A model generated the notes under the pieces. That model did no database searches, was not told where the DNA came from, and worked only from the letters and a program-made list of their open reading frames with translations. A program made the position numbers and the translations under genes. From Octopus bimaculoides (lineage: Eukaryota), in assembly GCF_001194135.2 (NCBI RefSeq), contig NC_068981.1, positions 164,804,235 to 164,868,234 of the forward strand: a stretch of DNA of 64,000 nucleotides, read 5' to 3'. Positions 1 through 13,878 of the stretch are shown here, in pieces. The first letter of the stretch is position 1, and every line of letters begins with the position of its first letter.

Positions 1-36
<36 letters not shown>

Positions 37-110
37 CACACACACACACACACACGAACACACACACATACACACGCACACACACACACACACGCACACA
101 CGTGTGTGTA
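1..110. repeat. (TA)n/(CA)n compound microsatellite
   Basis: Directly visible dinucleotide runs. Confidence 0.95.
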
Positions 111-661
111 TAGATTTCTTCATTGATTCATTATTTCGATTTGGAAGTGAAGAAGAGTTTTCTGCAAAATATTTAGTTGACTGAGATTTCTTACTGGTTG
201 AGTGAAGATAAGATAAAATGGCGGTATACGTTGTGAATTGTGGAGTGGAAGTAGGAGTTAGGACTTAGAGTAGGAGAATGAGAAGAAGGGATAAAGAAGT
301 GAAAGCAGGAAGGAAGTATAAAGCGGGGAATTGTGGAGAAACAGAGAGGGGGAAAAAAACGAGATAGACAGAAAAGTCCTTTGATATATATATGCAATGA
401 CATACGTGATATGCCTAAATTGCATGAGAGATGCTTGATTAGCGCTGAGGAGAAGATTTCCGTGGGAGATTTCAATATTTAGTTTTTCCTAGCACGTGAC
501 TCTCGGGGGCTCATGCTCCAATCCTTGCCTGGCTGGCCAAACAGACAGGAAGCTCTACGAGATAATCCGATAATCAGCTCCAGTAATCCGATTTATGTCG
601 AAGTTTTATTATTTTTCATTCGTTTGTTGTTTCTTATCTTTTGTTGGTATGTATGTTTTCG

Positions 662-742
<81 letters not shown>

Positions 743-1075
743 ATATATGTATATATATGTGTATGTGTATATGTGCTTCGTTGCATTTTTTCGTTTCTTA
801 TTAACATTTTATTTTGTCTTTCTCCTCTTTTCATTTTCTCTCCATCACTTTCCACCCATTTTCTACCCACTTGCTAACCACTTACCACTCCTTTCCTCTG
901 TACCATATGCATGTATGTATGTATGTATGTATGTATGTATGTATGTACGTATGAACATATGTATGTATATTTATATATGTAGCTTCTTTTTTTTTTCAAT
1001 TCTCGTTATCAGATTAACAAGGAAAGAAATTGTTTGTTGCAAGCAAACTGGAAAAACTGCAACCANNNNNNNNNN

Positions 1076-1213
1076 AAGAAGAAGAAGAAGAAGAAGAAGA
1101 AGAAGAAGAAGAAGAAGAAGAAGAAGAAGAAGAAGAAGAAGAAGAAGGAGAAGAAGAAGAAGAAGAAGAAGAAGAAGAAGAAGAAGAAGAAGAAGAAGAA
1201 GAAGAAGAAGAAA
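1076..1213. repeat. (GAA)n microsatellite
   Basis: About 45 GAA units with one GGA interruption. Confidence 0.97.
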
Positions 1214-1525
1214 TCGAATGATATTGACAAATGCAAATCCATCGAAAGCTATATGTAAGGACACTTTGGTCGATAGTAAATAGATCTGTTAGATAGAACG
1301 AAGGAAAATGGTGAGATGGAAGAGGGAAAAAAGAAAAAAAGAGAAAAGAAATAGAATCAAAAATAGAAGAGAGAGGAGGAAAAGGATATAGGATGAGGGT
1401 AGTGTGCGAGAGTGAGATGAAGTGAGTGTCGGTGGGGGCGGGTGGGGTAAAATTAGGATGTGGGGAAGGGCAACAATGAAAGAGATAATAATAATAATAA
1501 TAATTATATTAATAATAATAATAAT

Positions 1526-1900
1526 ATCGAAAAGATGCGGCATTTCAAGAGGATTACTATACAAGTGATTGTAGGAGCACTTGGAATGATCAAAAACAGA
1601 AATGAAAATTATTTAAGAATGATCCCTGGCTTACCGGAAGTGCAAAAGTTTGTCTTAACTGGTACGTATTGAGAAGAGCATTGTCATTGTGAAGTTTCTT
1701 TTCCATTTTCTCCTTTATTTTTTCTCTGTCTTTCTTCCCCTTTTTCTCTATCACATGACTTTGTAAATGGACAATTTGGTGCGTTTAATTTAATGGCCTA
1801 CCAGTGTATACACCGCGTTCCTCTGCCCTAGATGTCTGGAAGACACTCGACAAGAAACGGAAACAGAATTGAAAGAAGATGATAATGAAAATAATAATAA
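1526..1900 (+). mobile_element. 5'-truncated R4/Dong-clade non-LTR retrotransposon 3' end (RLE C-terminus plus 3' UTR)
   Basis: Peptide ITIQVIVGALGMIK...LPEVQKFVLTGTY matches the R4/Dong C-terminal pattern VPVIIGALG...QK.xLLGTAxIL; (AAT)n on both sides. Confidence 0.7.
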
Positions 1901-2077
1901 TACTTTCTATTATAGACACAAGGCCTGAAATTTGGGGGGGGGGAGTATAGTCGATTACATCTGTCCCAGTGCGTAATTGGTACATAGTTTATTGACCTCA
2001 AAAGAATGAAAGGCAAAGGCGACTTCGGCGGAATTTGAAGCATTTTGCCCGGTAACGATTCTGCCAGCTCACCGCCT
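1901..2077 (-). mobile_element. tRNA-derived SINE type B, internally deleted
   Basis: Minus strand begins AGGCGGTGAGCTGGCAGAATCGTTA and has TTCAAATTCC B-box-like motif; homologous to 29918-30137 and 51174-51346. Confidence 0.85.
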
Positions 2078-2081
2078 AAAA

Positions 2082-2167
2082 TAGTAATAATAATAATAAT
2101 AGTGATAATAATAATAATAATAATCGTAGTAGTAGTAGTAATGATGATAATAATAATAATAATAATG

Positions 2168-2250
<83 letters not shown>
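2082..2250. repeat. (AAT)n microsatellite with AGT/GAT variants
   Basis: Directly visible. Confidence 0.95.
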
Positions 2251-2253
<3 letters not shown>

Positions 2254-2558
2254 AAAATCAATATGCGCGGTATAGATAAAATAGTGAAGTACCAGGACCT
2301 AGCCATTGAATTACAGAGACTACGGAGAGTGCGGGTAAAATGTGTCCCTGTAGTTATAGGTGCATTGGGAATTATCTCCAAAGATTTGAAGAGAAGGATG
2401 GAAGAAATAGGCATAAAACCCAGTTTAGTACAGCTCCAGAAAACAGTGTTATTAGGGACAGCGAGGATACTTAGGAGGGTTCTTGGCATCTAAGGTTACT
2501 TGTTGCCCGATGTTACCAATTTTTCTTTTCCAACAGTCTAATCTGTTGTAAGTATACG
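2251..2558 (+). mobile_element. 5'-truncated R4/Dong-clade LINE 3' end (second subfamily)
   Basis: EKINMRGIDKIVKYQDLAIELQRLRRVRVKCVPVVIGALGIISKDL...QKTVLLGTARILRRVLGI* is the canonical R4-clade RLE C-terminus (KY.DL, VPVVIGALG, LLGTARIL); stop at 2491-2493, then short 3' UTR. Confidence 0.85.
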
Positions 2559-3335
2559 AATGATGATGATGATGATGATGATGATGATAAATGCCCTGAT
2601 GCGGTACCAGATAGTAACTCTCATGGATTTTGATCTTAACTGACTCATCATTATTATTATTATTATTATTGTTATTATCCAAAAAGAAGTGGAAGTATAC
2701 AGTAATAAGTGGACTGCCTAGTATTTACTTACATTGTTTTGTTTGTTTAGACAACGAAAAAGTTATTTTCTCAGCCATTTCAAGTAACTAATCACTGTAG
2801 ACTCAAGTGTCCTTAAAATATATTCATACGTGCGTGGAGGACTGTTAATGATTTGTGAACCAATTGTCTGTACCCTCTTAACTGACATACATTGGCGAGA
2901 CCAGTTTTGTTTTACGCTGTCTGTGTTTCAGCCCTTCAAATATTTTTCAATAGAATCTTTGTCTCCCTTTAAGGTCCCTGCTGAAGTCGACATTACTTTC
3001 AGATGTTTCTGGGATTAATAAAATAAGATACCTGTAATATACTGAAGTCGGCAGGTAGCGCTATTTCATTATACTATATCTGCTATTTCTACTCCTTCCG
3101 CGGATAAGCCTACGAAAACATCTCTTACGTAGTTAGGGAATTTGCAAGACATAACAGCTAAATCTCCCTCAAATAAATCTACTGCTCAATGCGCTGGATG
3201 AGGTAGCCCGAGAAATACTATATTTGAAGAATAGAAGTTGAAATGCTTATTGCGTTCAATAAAGAATACATTTATAAGTGTGTGTGCGTATGTGTGTGTG
3301 TGTACACACATACACGCAAAGATAAATACCATAAA

Positions 3336-3455
3336 AGCGTAGGTATGGTCGTGTGGGTAAAAAGATCGCTTCGCCACCGCCTGGCTTTCGGTTCAGTCCC
3401 ACTGTGTGGCGGCACTTACAGCAAGTGTCTTCCACTATGCCCCCTGACTGACCAA
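3336..3455 (+). mobile_element. degenerate SINE type A head
   Basis: GGTTCAGTCCCACTGTGTGGC...GCAAGTGTCTTCCACTAT similar to 18320-18482. Confidence 0.6.
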
Positions 3456-3580
3456 AGTGAGTGTATTAGCTGCTCAGAGATTGTATTGAAGCCTATCGCA
3501 TATATGTATCTTTCTGTGAGCTTGTGTGTCTGTGCGTGTGGGTGTTTGTATGTGTGTGTGAGTTTGTGTGCTTGTGTATT

Positions 3581-3643
<63 letters not shown>

Positions 3644-4950
3644 NNNNNNNNNNNNNNNNNNNNNNNNNNNNNNNNNNNNNNNNNNNNNNNNNNNNNNNNN
3701 NNNNNNNNNNNNNNNNNNNNNNNNNNNNNNNNNNNNNNNNNNNNNNNNNNNNNNNNNNNNNNNNNNNNNNNNNNNNNNNNNNNNNNNNNNNNNNNNNNNN
3801 NNNNNNNNNNNNNNNNNNNNNNNNNNNNNNNNNNNNNNNNNNNNNNNNNNNNNNNNNNNNNNNNNNNNNNNNNNNNNNNNNNNNNNNNTACAGAGCTTAA
3901 AAAAACTGAAGGGTCGCTGCAATAAATGTGTAAATTTGTGAGTGGAATGTGTTGAATTAAATCATAATACACTGATCCTCCTCTATCGTTTTACCCTAAG
4001 TTAGCACTTTTCCGCACCACCTCGTAAACCCTTCTCACCCTCTCACTCTCACTCTCACACGCCTGGCTTTGGGTAAAAAAAAAATGCAGGAGAATCAGTT
4101 AATTATGATTTTATTCCACGTATTCCCCTCTCAGATTCACACATCTATTGCAGCAGTCCTTCAGTTTTTCTAAGCTCTGTGAAAGTACTCGGAATGTTAG
4201 GCCTCCAGCTTTGCCTACTGTAATACCATTAATGCTTCAGTATGGCCACAGCCTGACTGAGACAAGAAAAGAATTAAAATAAAAGAACAGAAGAATTACA
4301 AAACACATACACACTCACTCACCTCCCCTCCCCACACACACACACACACGTATGCACATACGCACGGAACATTCAGAAGTACGTATTGACGTAGAGAGAA
4401 AGGAAAATATATTTTTTTCATATATCTCTATATGTGTTTACATTCCACATTTGTAAACAAGATGAGCAGCAACGGATTTTTTATTTTTTTTATTTTGAAG
4501 GGAGAAAAAAGCATAATGAACAAGACTAAACCACAAATATACCATATATAAAGATCACATGAATGTTGATGGAAAAGTTTGAACGATTTATTTCAGTTGA
4601 TCTATGTCTATCTCTCACTCACCTTATCAATCGCATAACAAACACACACACACACCTTCAACTTCCTACATGCATGCATGTTATATTGTGTGCATGTGTG
4701 TGCGTGTGCGTGCGTGTGTTTGTGTTTGTCTGTGTGAGTGCTTGTCTAAGCAGACCAAGTAAACAGGTAAGAAATATGGATGGTTAGTTACGTAACTAAA
4801 AGTGCATATGCCGACAAAGACACACAAGACAGATACATACACTTACATACCCGCACACATACATACATGCATACATACATACATACATACATACATGTAT
4901 GCATACATACATACATACATACAAAGATAAATAGGCAAACGTATATATTG

Positions 4951-5019
<69 letters not shown>

Positions 5020-5769
5020 NNNNNNNNNNNNNNNNNNNNNNNNNNNNNNNNNNNNNNNNNNNNNNNNNNNNNNNNNNNNNNNNNNNNNNNNNNNNNNNNN
5101 NNNNNNNNNNNNNNNNNNNNNNNNNNNNNNNNNNNNNNNNNNNNNNNNNNNNNNNNNNNNNNNNNNNNNNNNNNNNNNNNNNNNNNNNNNNNNNNNNNNN
5201 NNNNNNNNNNNNNNNNNNNNNNNNNNNNNNNNNNNNNNNNNNNNNNNNNNNNNNNNNNNNNNNNNNNNNNNNNNNNNNNNNNNNNNNNNNNNNNNNNNNN
5301 NNNNNNNNNNNNNNNNNNNNNNNNNNNNNNNNNNNNNNNNNNNNNNNNNNNNNNNNNNNNNNNNNNNNNNNNNNNNNNNNNNNNNNNNNNNNNNNNNNNN
5401 NNNNNNNNNNNNNNNNNNNNNNNNNNNNNNNNNNNNNNNNNNNNNNNNNNNNNNNNNNNNNNNNNNNNNNNNNNNNNNNNNNNNNNNNNNNNNNNNNNNN
5501 NNNNNNNNNNNNNNNNNNNNNNNNNNNNNNNNNNNNNNNNNNNNNNNNNNNNNNNNNNNNNNNNNNNNNNNNNNNNNNNNNNNNNNNNNNNNNNNNNNNN
5601 NNNNNNNNNNNNNNNNNNNNNNNNNNNNNNNNNNNNNNNNNNNNNNNNNNNNNNNNNNNNNNNNNNNNNNNNNNNNNNNNNNNNNNNNNNNNNNNNNNNN
5701 NNNNNNNNNNNNNNNNNNNNNNNNNNNNNNNNNNNNNNNNNNNNNNNNNNNNNNNNNNNNNNNNNNNNN
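5020..5769. other. assembly gap (example; about 25 N runs in the window, mostly bordered by microsatellites)
   Basis: N run flanked by (TA)n. Confidence 0.99.
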
Positions 5770-6376
5770 TATATATATATATATATATATATGCATGTAT
5801 GTATGTATGCATACATATATATCTGTGTCTGTGTGCGTGCGTGCAAATGTGTATGTGCATACATAAAGTTCTTAAGTAAATCTTTTCAGTTAGATATCAA
5901 ATCATACTCATATTTCAAAGCAAATCTACTTTAACTACTGCGTGAAGACGCTTGGAATGTCTTGAATTGTCTTGTTCTTTCTTTTAGTTCTCTTTTATTG
6001 TCTTTTATTTTTCCTTCTTTTTTATTTCTATGTTTTTGGCTTGGAGCAACAAATGCTAGTATTCATAGTACGAGAAGGCGTAGGTGGAGAGCATGAAGGA
6101 GAAGAAAACGGTGTGCATGGAAGAGAAGGAGAACAACGAGGCTGGATCGGAATGGTACGAGAAGTGAAAACAGAATGTAAACTGGAGTTGAAAAAGGAGG
6201 TGGCGAAATGTAAGCGCGGAAAAAAAAATCTGAAGATGAACAAATGAACCAGTAACGAAAGAAAATGAAAGTAGATTAGATGACAGCAAAGTGACGTTTG
6301 AGCAAAAGAAAAAAAAAGGATAACTTGGTAAAAAAAGTTACAGACAGACAGACAGACAGACAGACTGACAGATAGT

Positions 6377-6415
<39 letters not shown>

Positions 6416-7587
6416 CAGCAATTAAAATGATGAAATGTTGCACCCTTGTTACTCGGGTTTTACGTTACCGCATTTAGATACGACTAATCAACATTGTACA
6501 TTGCAACTTAATATTGTTGTACATTTGATCAAAATGATGCTCATGGATATTTTAAAGATTTAAAACATTTAATGATATTCTTGTCATAAGGACTGAAATA
6601 AAGGTGATGAGATGCATGAAAGCTATGAGACGAGGAATACATGAAAGACAGAAAGAAAGAGATTTAGAGTGAAAGATAAAGAGAGCCCGAGTCAATGAGT
6701 GAAGGAGAGGAAATACTGAAACACAAAATAAAAGAGTGACTCATCAAAACGCGACGGGACGAAAAACAGGAATGAGGAAGATGGAAAAAGACAGGCAGAA
6801 GAGGAAGTAAGAAATAGATCATTCGTTAAATTTTTATAAAAGTGAATAGAAATAGTTATGACAGTATTATGAGAGAACGTATATTAGGAAGGAGTGTGAA
6901 AGCGAATGAGAAAGTGTAAGGTTTATGATTATGTGAGTGACTGAATGAAAAGTGGAAAAAGTGTAGAGGGGGAACGCCTTCATGTGTTATTTTTTACAGA
7001 ACGTAGAAAAAATATAAAATAAAATAACAAAAATAAAATGATAGTAACATAAATAAGCTTAAGTGAAGAATCGGAAAAGGAAAAGGGAATGACGGAATAG
7101 AAAGAGGCATATATATCTTTTGCAGCGAATACAGCTGATTGTTGCTTTAATGAATAAATATAATAAAGCGAAAAGGTGTTTCAGATTCAATGATATCGAG
7201 TTTTTTTCCCATTATGACAGAAAATGAAGTCCGTTTACCTAGTCTACAGTCCACTGAGAAATAACTTTGAACAACATTTAACCACAGGGATGATGCTGGT
7301 TCAGAAGGAAACTCTAAAGGACTCTCATTAACACTAACCTCAAAGGTTATCATCTGTCCATCCAGCCTCTTCTGAGGAATGTCCAATGATAAGGTAATGA
7401 AACTCCCAAAGGATGCTGTGCACAGAAACTCTAACTCCATATATTAAAACATTTACTTTAAGGGGTTGAGTTCACTTTTCATTTAGTTCGGTGTACTACA
7501 GAGAGAGTACGTAATCATACGTGATGATACGCTACTCTGTTTGTGTGTCTGTGTGTGTGTGTGTGTCATATATGAATATATATATAT

Positions 7588-8098
<511 letters not shown>

Positions 8099-8578
8099 GG
8101 GGGAGGGAGAGAGAAAAAAATGGAAGTCGAGGAATGAGGGGGGAGCAGAGGAGGTTGTGTCTGACATTACAACGCCAACGAATAGAAAGTAACCCAAAAC
8201 AGAATTCCCTTCCGTGTTGTATAGTGTGGTTTTTGTTGTTGTCTGGTCCGAGGTTTAACCTGATAGAGATCTATGACCAACGGAATTCTATCCGTAACAA
8301 TTTTGTTTGATTAGGGGCATCCAGGACTACATTGATTAATGTGTCTTCATTTAAAGTGCATTCACGGAAATTTGATTGTTAGTTCGAGCAGGTCGAGCGA
8401 CTCACATAAAAGCCAATATACTGAAGTAGGGGCTACTTATCTGCACGATGAAAATAGAAAGGATCATCTGTGTGGTAACTTAATATGCTAGAAATTGCAA
8501 CCAGGTCTCCTCTAAGCCTCATCTGCTTTCTCTCGAAACATGTCACTACTTTATTCTCTCTCATTCTCTTTCTCTCTA

Positions 8579-8750
8579 GTGGCTTTTCCGTCCGTCTACA
8601 CGTTGTGGGTTCAAATTCTACCGAGGCCAAATTTACCTTTCATCCCTTCGGGGTCGATTAATTAAGACCCAGTTGAGCTCGGGGGTGGGGGATGGTGGAT
8701 CGATGTAACCGACTTATCCACTTCACCGAAATTGCTGGCCTTGTGCCATT
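8579..8750 (+). mobile_element. SINE type B, 5'-truncated and diverged
   Basis: GGTTCAAATTCTACCGAGG...TTTCATCCCTTCGGGGTCGAT...GCTGGCCTTGTGCC. Confidence 0.75.
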
Positions 8751-9029
8751 ATTTTCTCTTTGTTTATCTTATTTACTAACCCTCTCACAAGCACACTGTC
8801 GCATACATTTGTATTCAGACGTACTCAGGCATGCAACGACGCACAAACAAAACAGAAGATTCTATCAGTGTATCTTTCTTCATCTTTCATTTCGTACTAT
8901 TCCGTACCTTTCCGTACCTTTCCGTCATTCATCAAAATATTCCTCTGTTTCTCACTCCTCAATTTCTCTCGCTCTCACACTCATTGTCTTCAGCTTTTGT
9001 CTATCTCTACATACACTTCAAATCTGACT

Positions 9030-9503
9030 TTTTATCCAGTGGAATACTCCTGTCTTTTATCTCTCTCTCTCTCTCTCTCTTTCCCCTCTCGCATTCCTCC
9101 CCTCTTTATTCGTCTCTCTCTCTTTCCGTTTCCCTCTCTCTTATTCCAGATCTTGTATGTTTCGCTGTTCACTTCCTCGCTTCTCGTTCCCATATTTTCT
9201 TTCTAATGCTCCATTTTTCCATTCTCTTTCTGTCTCTCTTTCTCCCCTTCTCCTCTCTCTTTCTCCCCTTCCCCTCTTTCTTTCTCCCCTTCCCCTCTCT
9301 CTCTCTCTCTTACTAGTTCCTCTTTGTCAACATACATTTTATTTTCTGATTTCAAACACTTCCTTATACTTTTTCTCTCTGTCGTTTCATTCTCTTTTTT
9401 CTGGCACCCCACCACACACAAATACACATAAATACACGCACACTTTATTTCATTCTCTCTCTACATTCTCCTCTACCTCTCTCTCTATCTCCCTCTCTCT
9501 CCA

Positions 9504-9593
<90 letters not shown>

Positions 9594-10060
9594 TCTATCT
9601 CTTCAATTTCTGTTTACTTCTAAATGTATTTCCTGTTCCAAAATCATCAACATCATCATCACATTCTTCTTCTTCTTCTTCTTTTTCTTCTCCTCCTCCC
9701 CTCCTCCCCCTCCTCTTCCTTCTTCCTCTTCTCCCGCTTCCTACTCATCTTCCTCTCCTCCCCCTCCTCTTCCCTCCCTGCCTATTCCTTCTTTATTTAC
9801 TTAATCTCTCCTCTTCTCATCTTTCTACCCATCTACATCTCTAATGCTGGGTTCTCCTCCCGCTTTTTTCCTCTCCCTCTTGCCCCTCGCATCTCACTCA
9901 CGTTTTTATCTCCCCCACCACCACCATACCCACCACCACCATACCCACCACCCACACACACACACACGCACACAGGCACACCACAACTACTCCCACTAAA
10001 CCACCCGTCTAATCTACCACCACCACCACCACCATCACCACCATCACGACCCTCTCCCCA
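9030..10060. repeat. about 1 kb pyrimidine-rich low-complexity tract ((CT)n, (CTT)n, (CCT)n, (CCA)n)
   Basis: Directly visible strand asymmetry. Confidence 0.9.
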
Positions 10061-10652
10061 CACACTCCTTGTGCTACTTTTCTTCCAGAAACTCCTTCCT
10101 CGGTGTTCTCATCTGAAACTAGTTCGAATCCTTTAAAAGCCGTATCGATCTAATCTAGAGAGCAGTCAATACCTTTCCAGAAAACTATTCTCAAACCGAT
10201 CATGATCAAACACAATATATCTTGGATCAGGGTTTTAGATTATTCCACTATGATACAAAGCTAATCTTATTGGCTCAACCTCTTTTCCATTCCACACTGC
10301 ACACATCTCTCTTACCATTTTTACTCTCTTCGTTCCATTCCGCTTATTTTTATTATTATTTATTATTAAATATTTATTATTGCTGCTCCCCCCCCCCCAC
10401 TTTTATTTGTTGTAGATTTTTTTGCGTTTTTTGTTGTTGTTGTTGTTTCTGCTTATCTTTCTCTACTTTTACACTCTATTATTCATACTCAGACGTACGC
10501 GCATGTGTATGTTTGATGGTTATTGTGTATGTGCACGCGTGTGTGAGTGAGTGCATGTGTGAGTGAGTGTGTGTGTATTTATTTATGTATGTATGTAATA
10601 TATACATAGATATATAGATGCATAGATATAGATAAAGATATGGATATCTCTC

Positions 10653-10717
<65 letters not shown>

Positions 10718-10917
10718 TCACACATATATAGAGAGATAAATAGATACATATGTACATACATACATACATCAATATCTCCTTTACGTTTCTACGTTTCGTA
10801 CTAATATTCTACTTTTGTCTTGCAAATTCTTTGGCTTTCTATCTCTTTATCTCACTTTCTTTGAGAGTAAACAAACGCATGCACACACACACACGCACAC
10901 ACACACACGCACACACA

Positions 10918-10959
<42 letters not shown>

Positions 10960-11524
10960 ATACACGTGTGTGTGTGTTTGTGTGCGTGAGTAGCGTGTTG
11001 GTGAGTGTATACTTGTATATGCTTTTCGTGTGACTGTATGTGTATATGTGCCTATGTTCAAGCATTTAGATACAACTGCACGCTGAAGTACCTAACTAAC
11101 GAGCCCCCGAGTGAGCATTCCTATAAATAACAGCTACATGAACTTCAAACCACATTATTTTCATCATAAAAAAAAGGACATTGTTCGATATAGATTTTGA
11201 TTCCTTGCTCGCAGGAAAGAAACCAGACAGTTATAGTTGTAACGATTTGAACTTAATCCACTTGACTTGAAATGAGTCTGGGCTAAACAATAACAACAGC
11301 GAATTAATTTTGTATGTGTGTATGTATATATGTATGTATGTATGTATGTGTATGTGTGTTTGTGTGTGTGTGTGTTCATATTTTTACACAACTAACCTAT
11401 CTTGAAATCAGTTTTAAGGTATCGGTGTCGCCTACTGAATATCTGTATCTGAAATTGTCCTCCTAGGTCTCTTTGTTCATGTATGCCCATGAGTGCAACA
11501 TGTATATATTCTATTTGGAATGAA

Positions 11525-11560
<36 letters not shown>

Positions 11561-12029
11561 GGATAAAAATCCAAATTTACAGGTAAAAACTCAACTAAAT
11601 TCAATTTATTAAAAATTAGAATTAAATTAAATTTCACAGTATAAAATATAAATATATAGTTTTAGAGAAAAAAAACAAAGTTCATGAACTAAGCCGTGAA
11701 AATCCACAGTCACATATAGAAAAAATAATAAGTAAATGCACGATAAGTATAATAAAATACAAAGTAAATATCATAAGACAGTAGTCCAACCTAGAAAGAA
11801 AGGTCACGTGGGGAGAGAAGAGAGAGAGGTAGAGGTAGAGGGACAGAAGAAATAAGGATGGGAGAGAAAATATGACAGGGACACAGTAAAGTGAAACGAG
11901 GACCGAAAGTGAGCATGAAGAGAAGGTCCCCCTGCCTCTACCTCCCTCTCTTCTTTGTCCTCGTGGCCGGTCTTCAGCCAAGCCTGACCTTTTTTTCTTC
12001 ATTCGGCCGCCGTCCGTGTAATATTTATA

Positions 12030-12415
12030 TTCTTCCCTGTGACTGTGAAATCTTGTATTCCTGCCGTCAGGATTTACTTCCACACACGCCAACTTAATTT
12101 AATTCGTCCTTAGTCGAAGGAAACCTGTTGTTATGTCCTGTTATTTATATTTGTGTAACATTCTCCGTTTTATTCCGTCCTTATTTTCGTATACATTCGC
12201 TGCTCTCTTCCAAGGAATCTAATGATGTTAGCTTAGTTTTTTTCCTTGGGGCTGGCCAGATTGGAGCTATCTCGAGTATAACCAACCGAAATTGCAAAGA
12301 TAATCGGGAACTCGATTGAGGAAAGAAAATTCCGAATGATCCATCCTTGTTATCTTTATGTCGTTTGTCTGGATGTTTTGCGTTCTTGTCCCATTTTGTA
12401 TTTTTTATATATAAA
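12030..12415 (+). mobile_element. interspersed repeat ending at (TA)n, probably Penelope-type terminal repeat
   Basis: 3' part (AAAGATAATCGGGAACTCGATTGAGGAAAG...CTTGTCCCATTTTGTATTTT) recurs at 23871-24025 and, in part, on the minus strand at 20154-20196. Classification is inference. Confidence 0.55.
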
Positions 12416-12425
12416 GCATAGCGGC

Positions 12426-12470
<45 letters not shown>

Positions 12471-12471
<1 letters not shown>

Positions 12472-12745
12472 CGACCGGCTTCTTTCAGTTTCCGTCTACC
12501 AAATCCACTCACAAGGCTTTGGTAGGCCCGTAGCTATAGTAGACGACACTGAACCCGGAATCATGTGGTTGGAAAGCAAGCTGCTTACGACATAACCATG
12601 CCTGCGGGTGCAGGCATGGTTATGTCGTAAGCAGCTTGCTTTCCAACCACATGATTCCGGGTTCAGTGTCGTCTACTATAGCTACGGGCCTACCAAAGCC
12701 TTGTGAGTGGATTTGGTAGACGGAAACTGAAAGCCCGTCGTATAT
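12471..12745. mobile_element. head-to-head inverted pair of SINE type A heads
   Basis: Arms 12482-12605 and 12610-12733 are exact reverse complements around a GGGT loop. Confidence 0.95.
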
Positions 12746-13475
12746 ATATATAACCAGCTCAGTTACTCAATTATAAATGTTATTCTTAATGAATTAACAA
12801 ATACAGACAAAAACTCCGAACATGTTACGCTCTTTTTAGATTTCGTAAGCAAAACTGACCTCTCCGTATAAGTTCGCCTAGAAATGATAGAATCATTAAG
12901 TAAATGTACAACACTGTGCATCTCTTTAATGATTAACTGTGAAAAGTTAGTACCCTTCTTGGAATAATATTATCATGCATGTATGTACGTATGTATTAAC
13001 GCGTTTCTATATTCATACATCGAACCTCATATACACATGATCACACTGAAAGACCTATGAGCATAATAGAACTAGACATAAGCACTATATATATGTAGAG
13101 ACATATCAATACGTACGCTTAATCATACATAGAAACAATAACACATGATTATAAATAAGTCGTCGCCAAATGCAGAAACACATGGACTGATTTGAGGAAC
13201 TATTATTTATTTTATCCTTTTAATTTTGTAAGCAGCATAAAAACATTGTTTATGATAAAGTGTTTCCTGAATAATCTACAAATCTATTTGAAATGAAAGA
13301 TGCACATAATTAATGACATTATTATTTTTTAGTAGTCAATAGCTTTTAAACATTTATATGTCATTTATTTTCAGCTATTTTTCCATAATAAATTTCGTTT
13401 GACTAGCCGGAAAATTTTAATTATCTTTTTAGAATCACAGCATTATTGGTACAGAAACACGAGTATAAATTATTA

Positions 13476-13477
<2 letters not shown>

Positions 13478-13572
<95 letters not shown>

Positions 13573-13630
13573 AGTAGTAGTAGTAGTAGTAGTATAATTT
13601 TTATTATTATTATTATTACTATTATTATTA
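13478..13630. repeat. (ATT)n microsatellite with (AGT)n insert
   Basis: Directly visible. Confidence 0.95.
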
Positions 13631-13724
13631 ATTTATTCCTGCGCTGCAGGTGTTTGGAACTCAGCAGTGATTGGGTCCCAAACAGCTGCAATAGTGAAAC
13701 GTACGTAAGAAAGACGCATTGCTC

Positions 13725-13878
13725 CAGTCCACTCAGCTGGCTAAAATGAGTAGCATTTAAAATGGACATCGTTGTCACAGTCTGTGGAGTGCTCAGCTAT
13801 TTGCATGTTAATTTCACAAACAAGATGTTCCATTGATCGTATCAGCTGGGACCTTCGTCCTCGTAACCGACGGAGTGC

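Noticed and set aside
440-490. CTGAGGA followed by an imperfect hairpin
   Set aside because: No GAAA and no pairing helix I.
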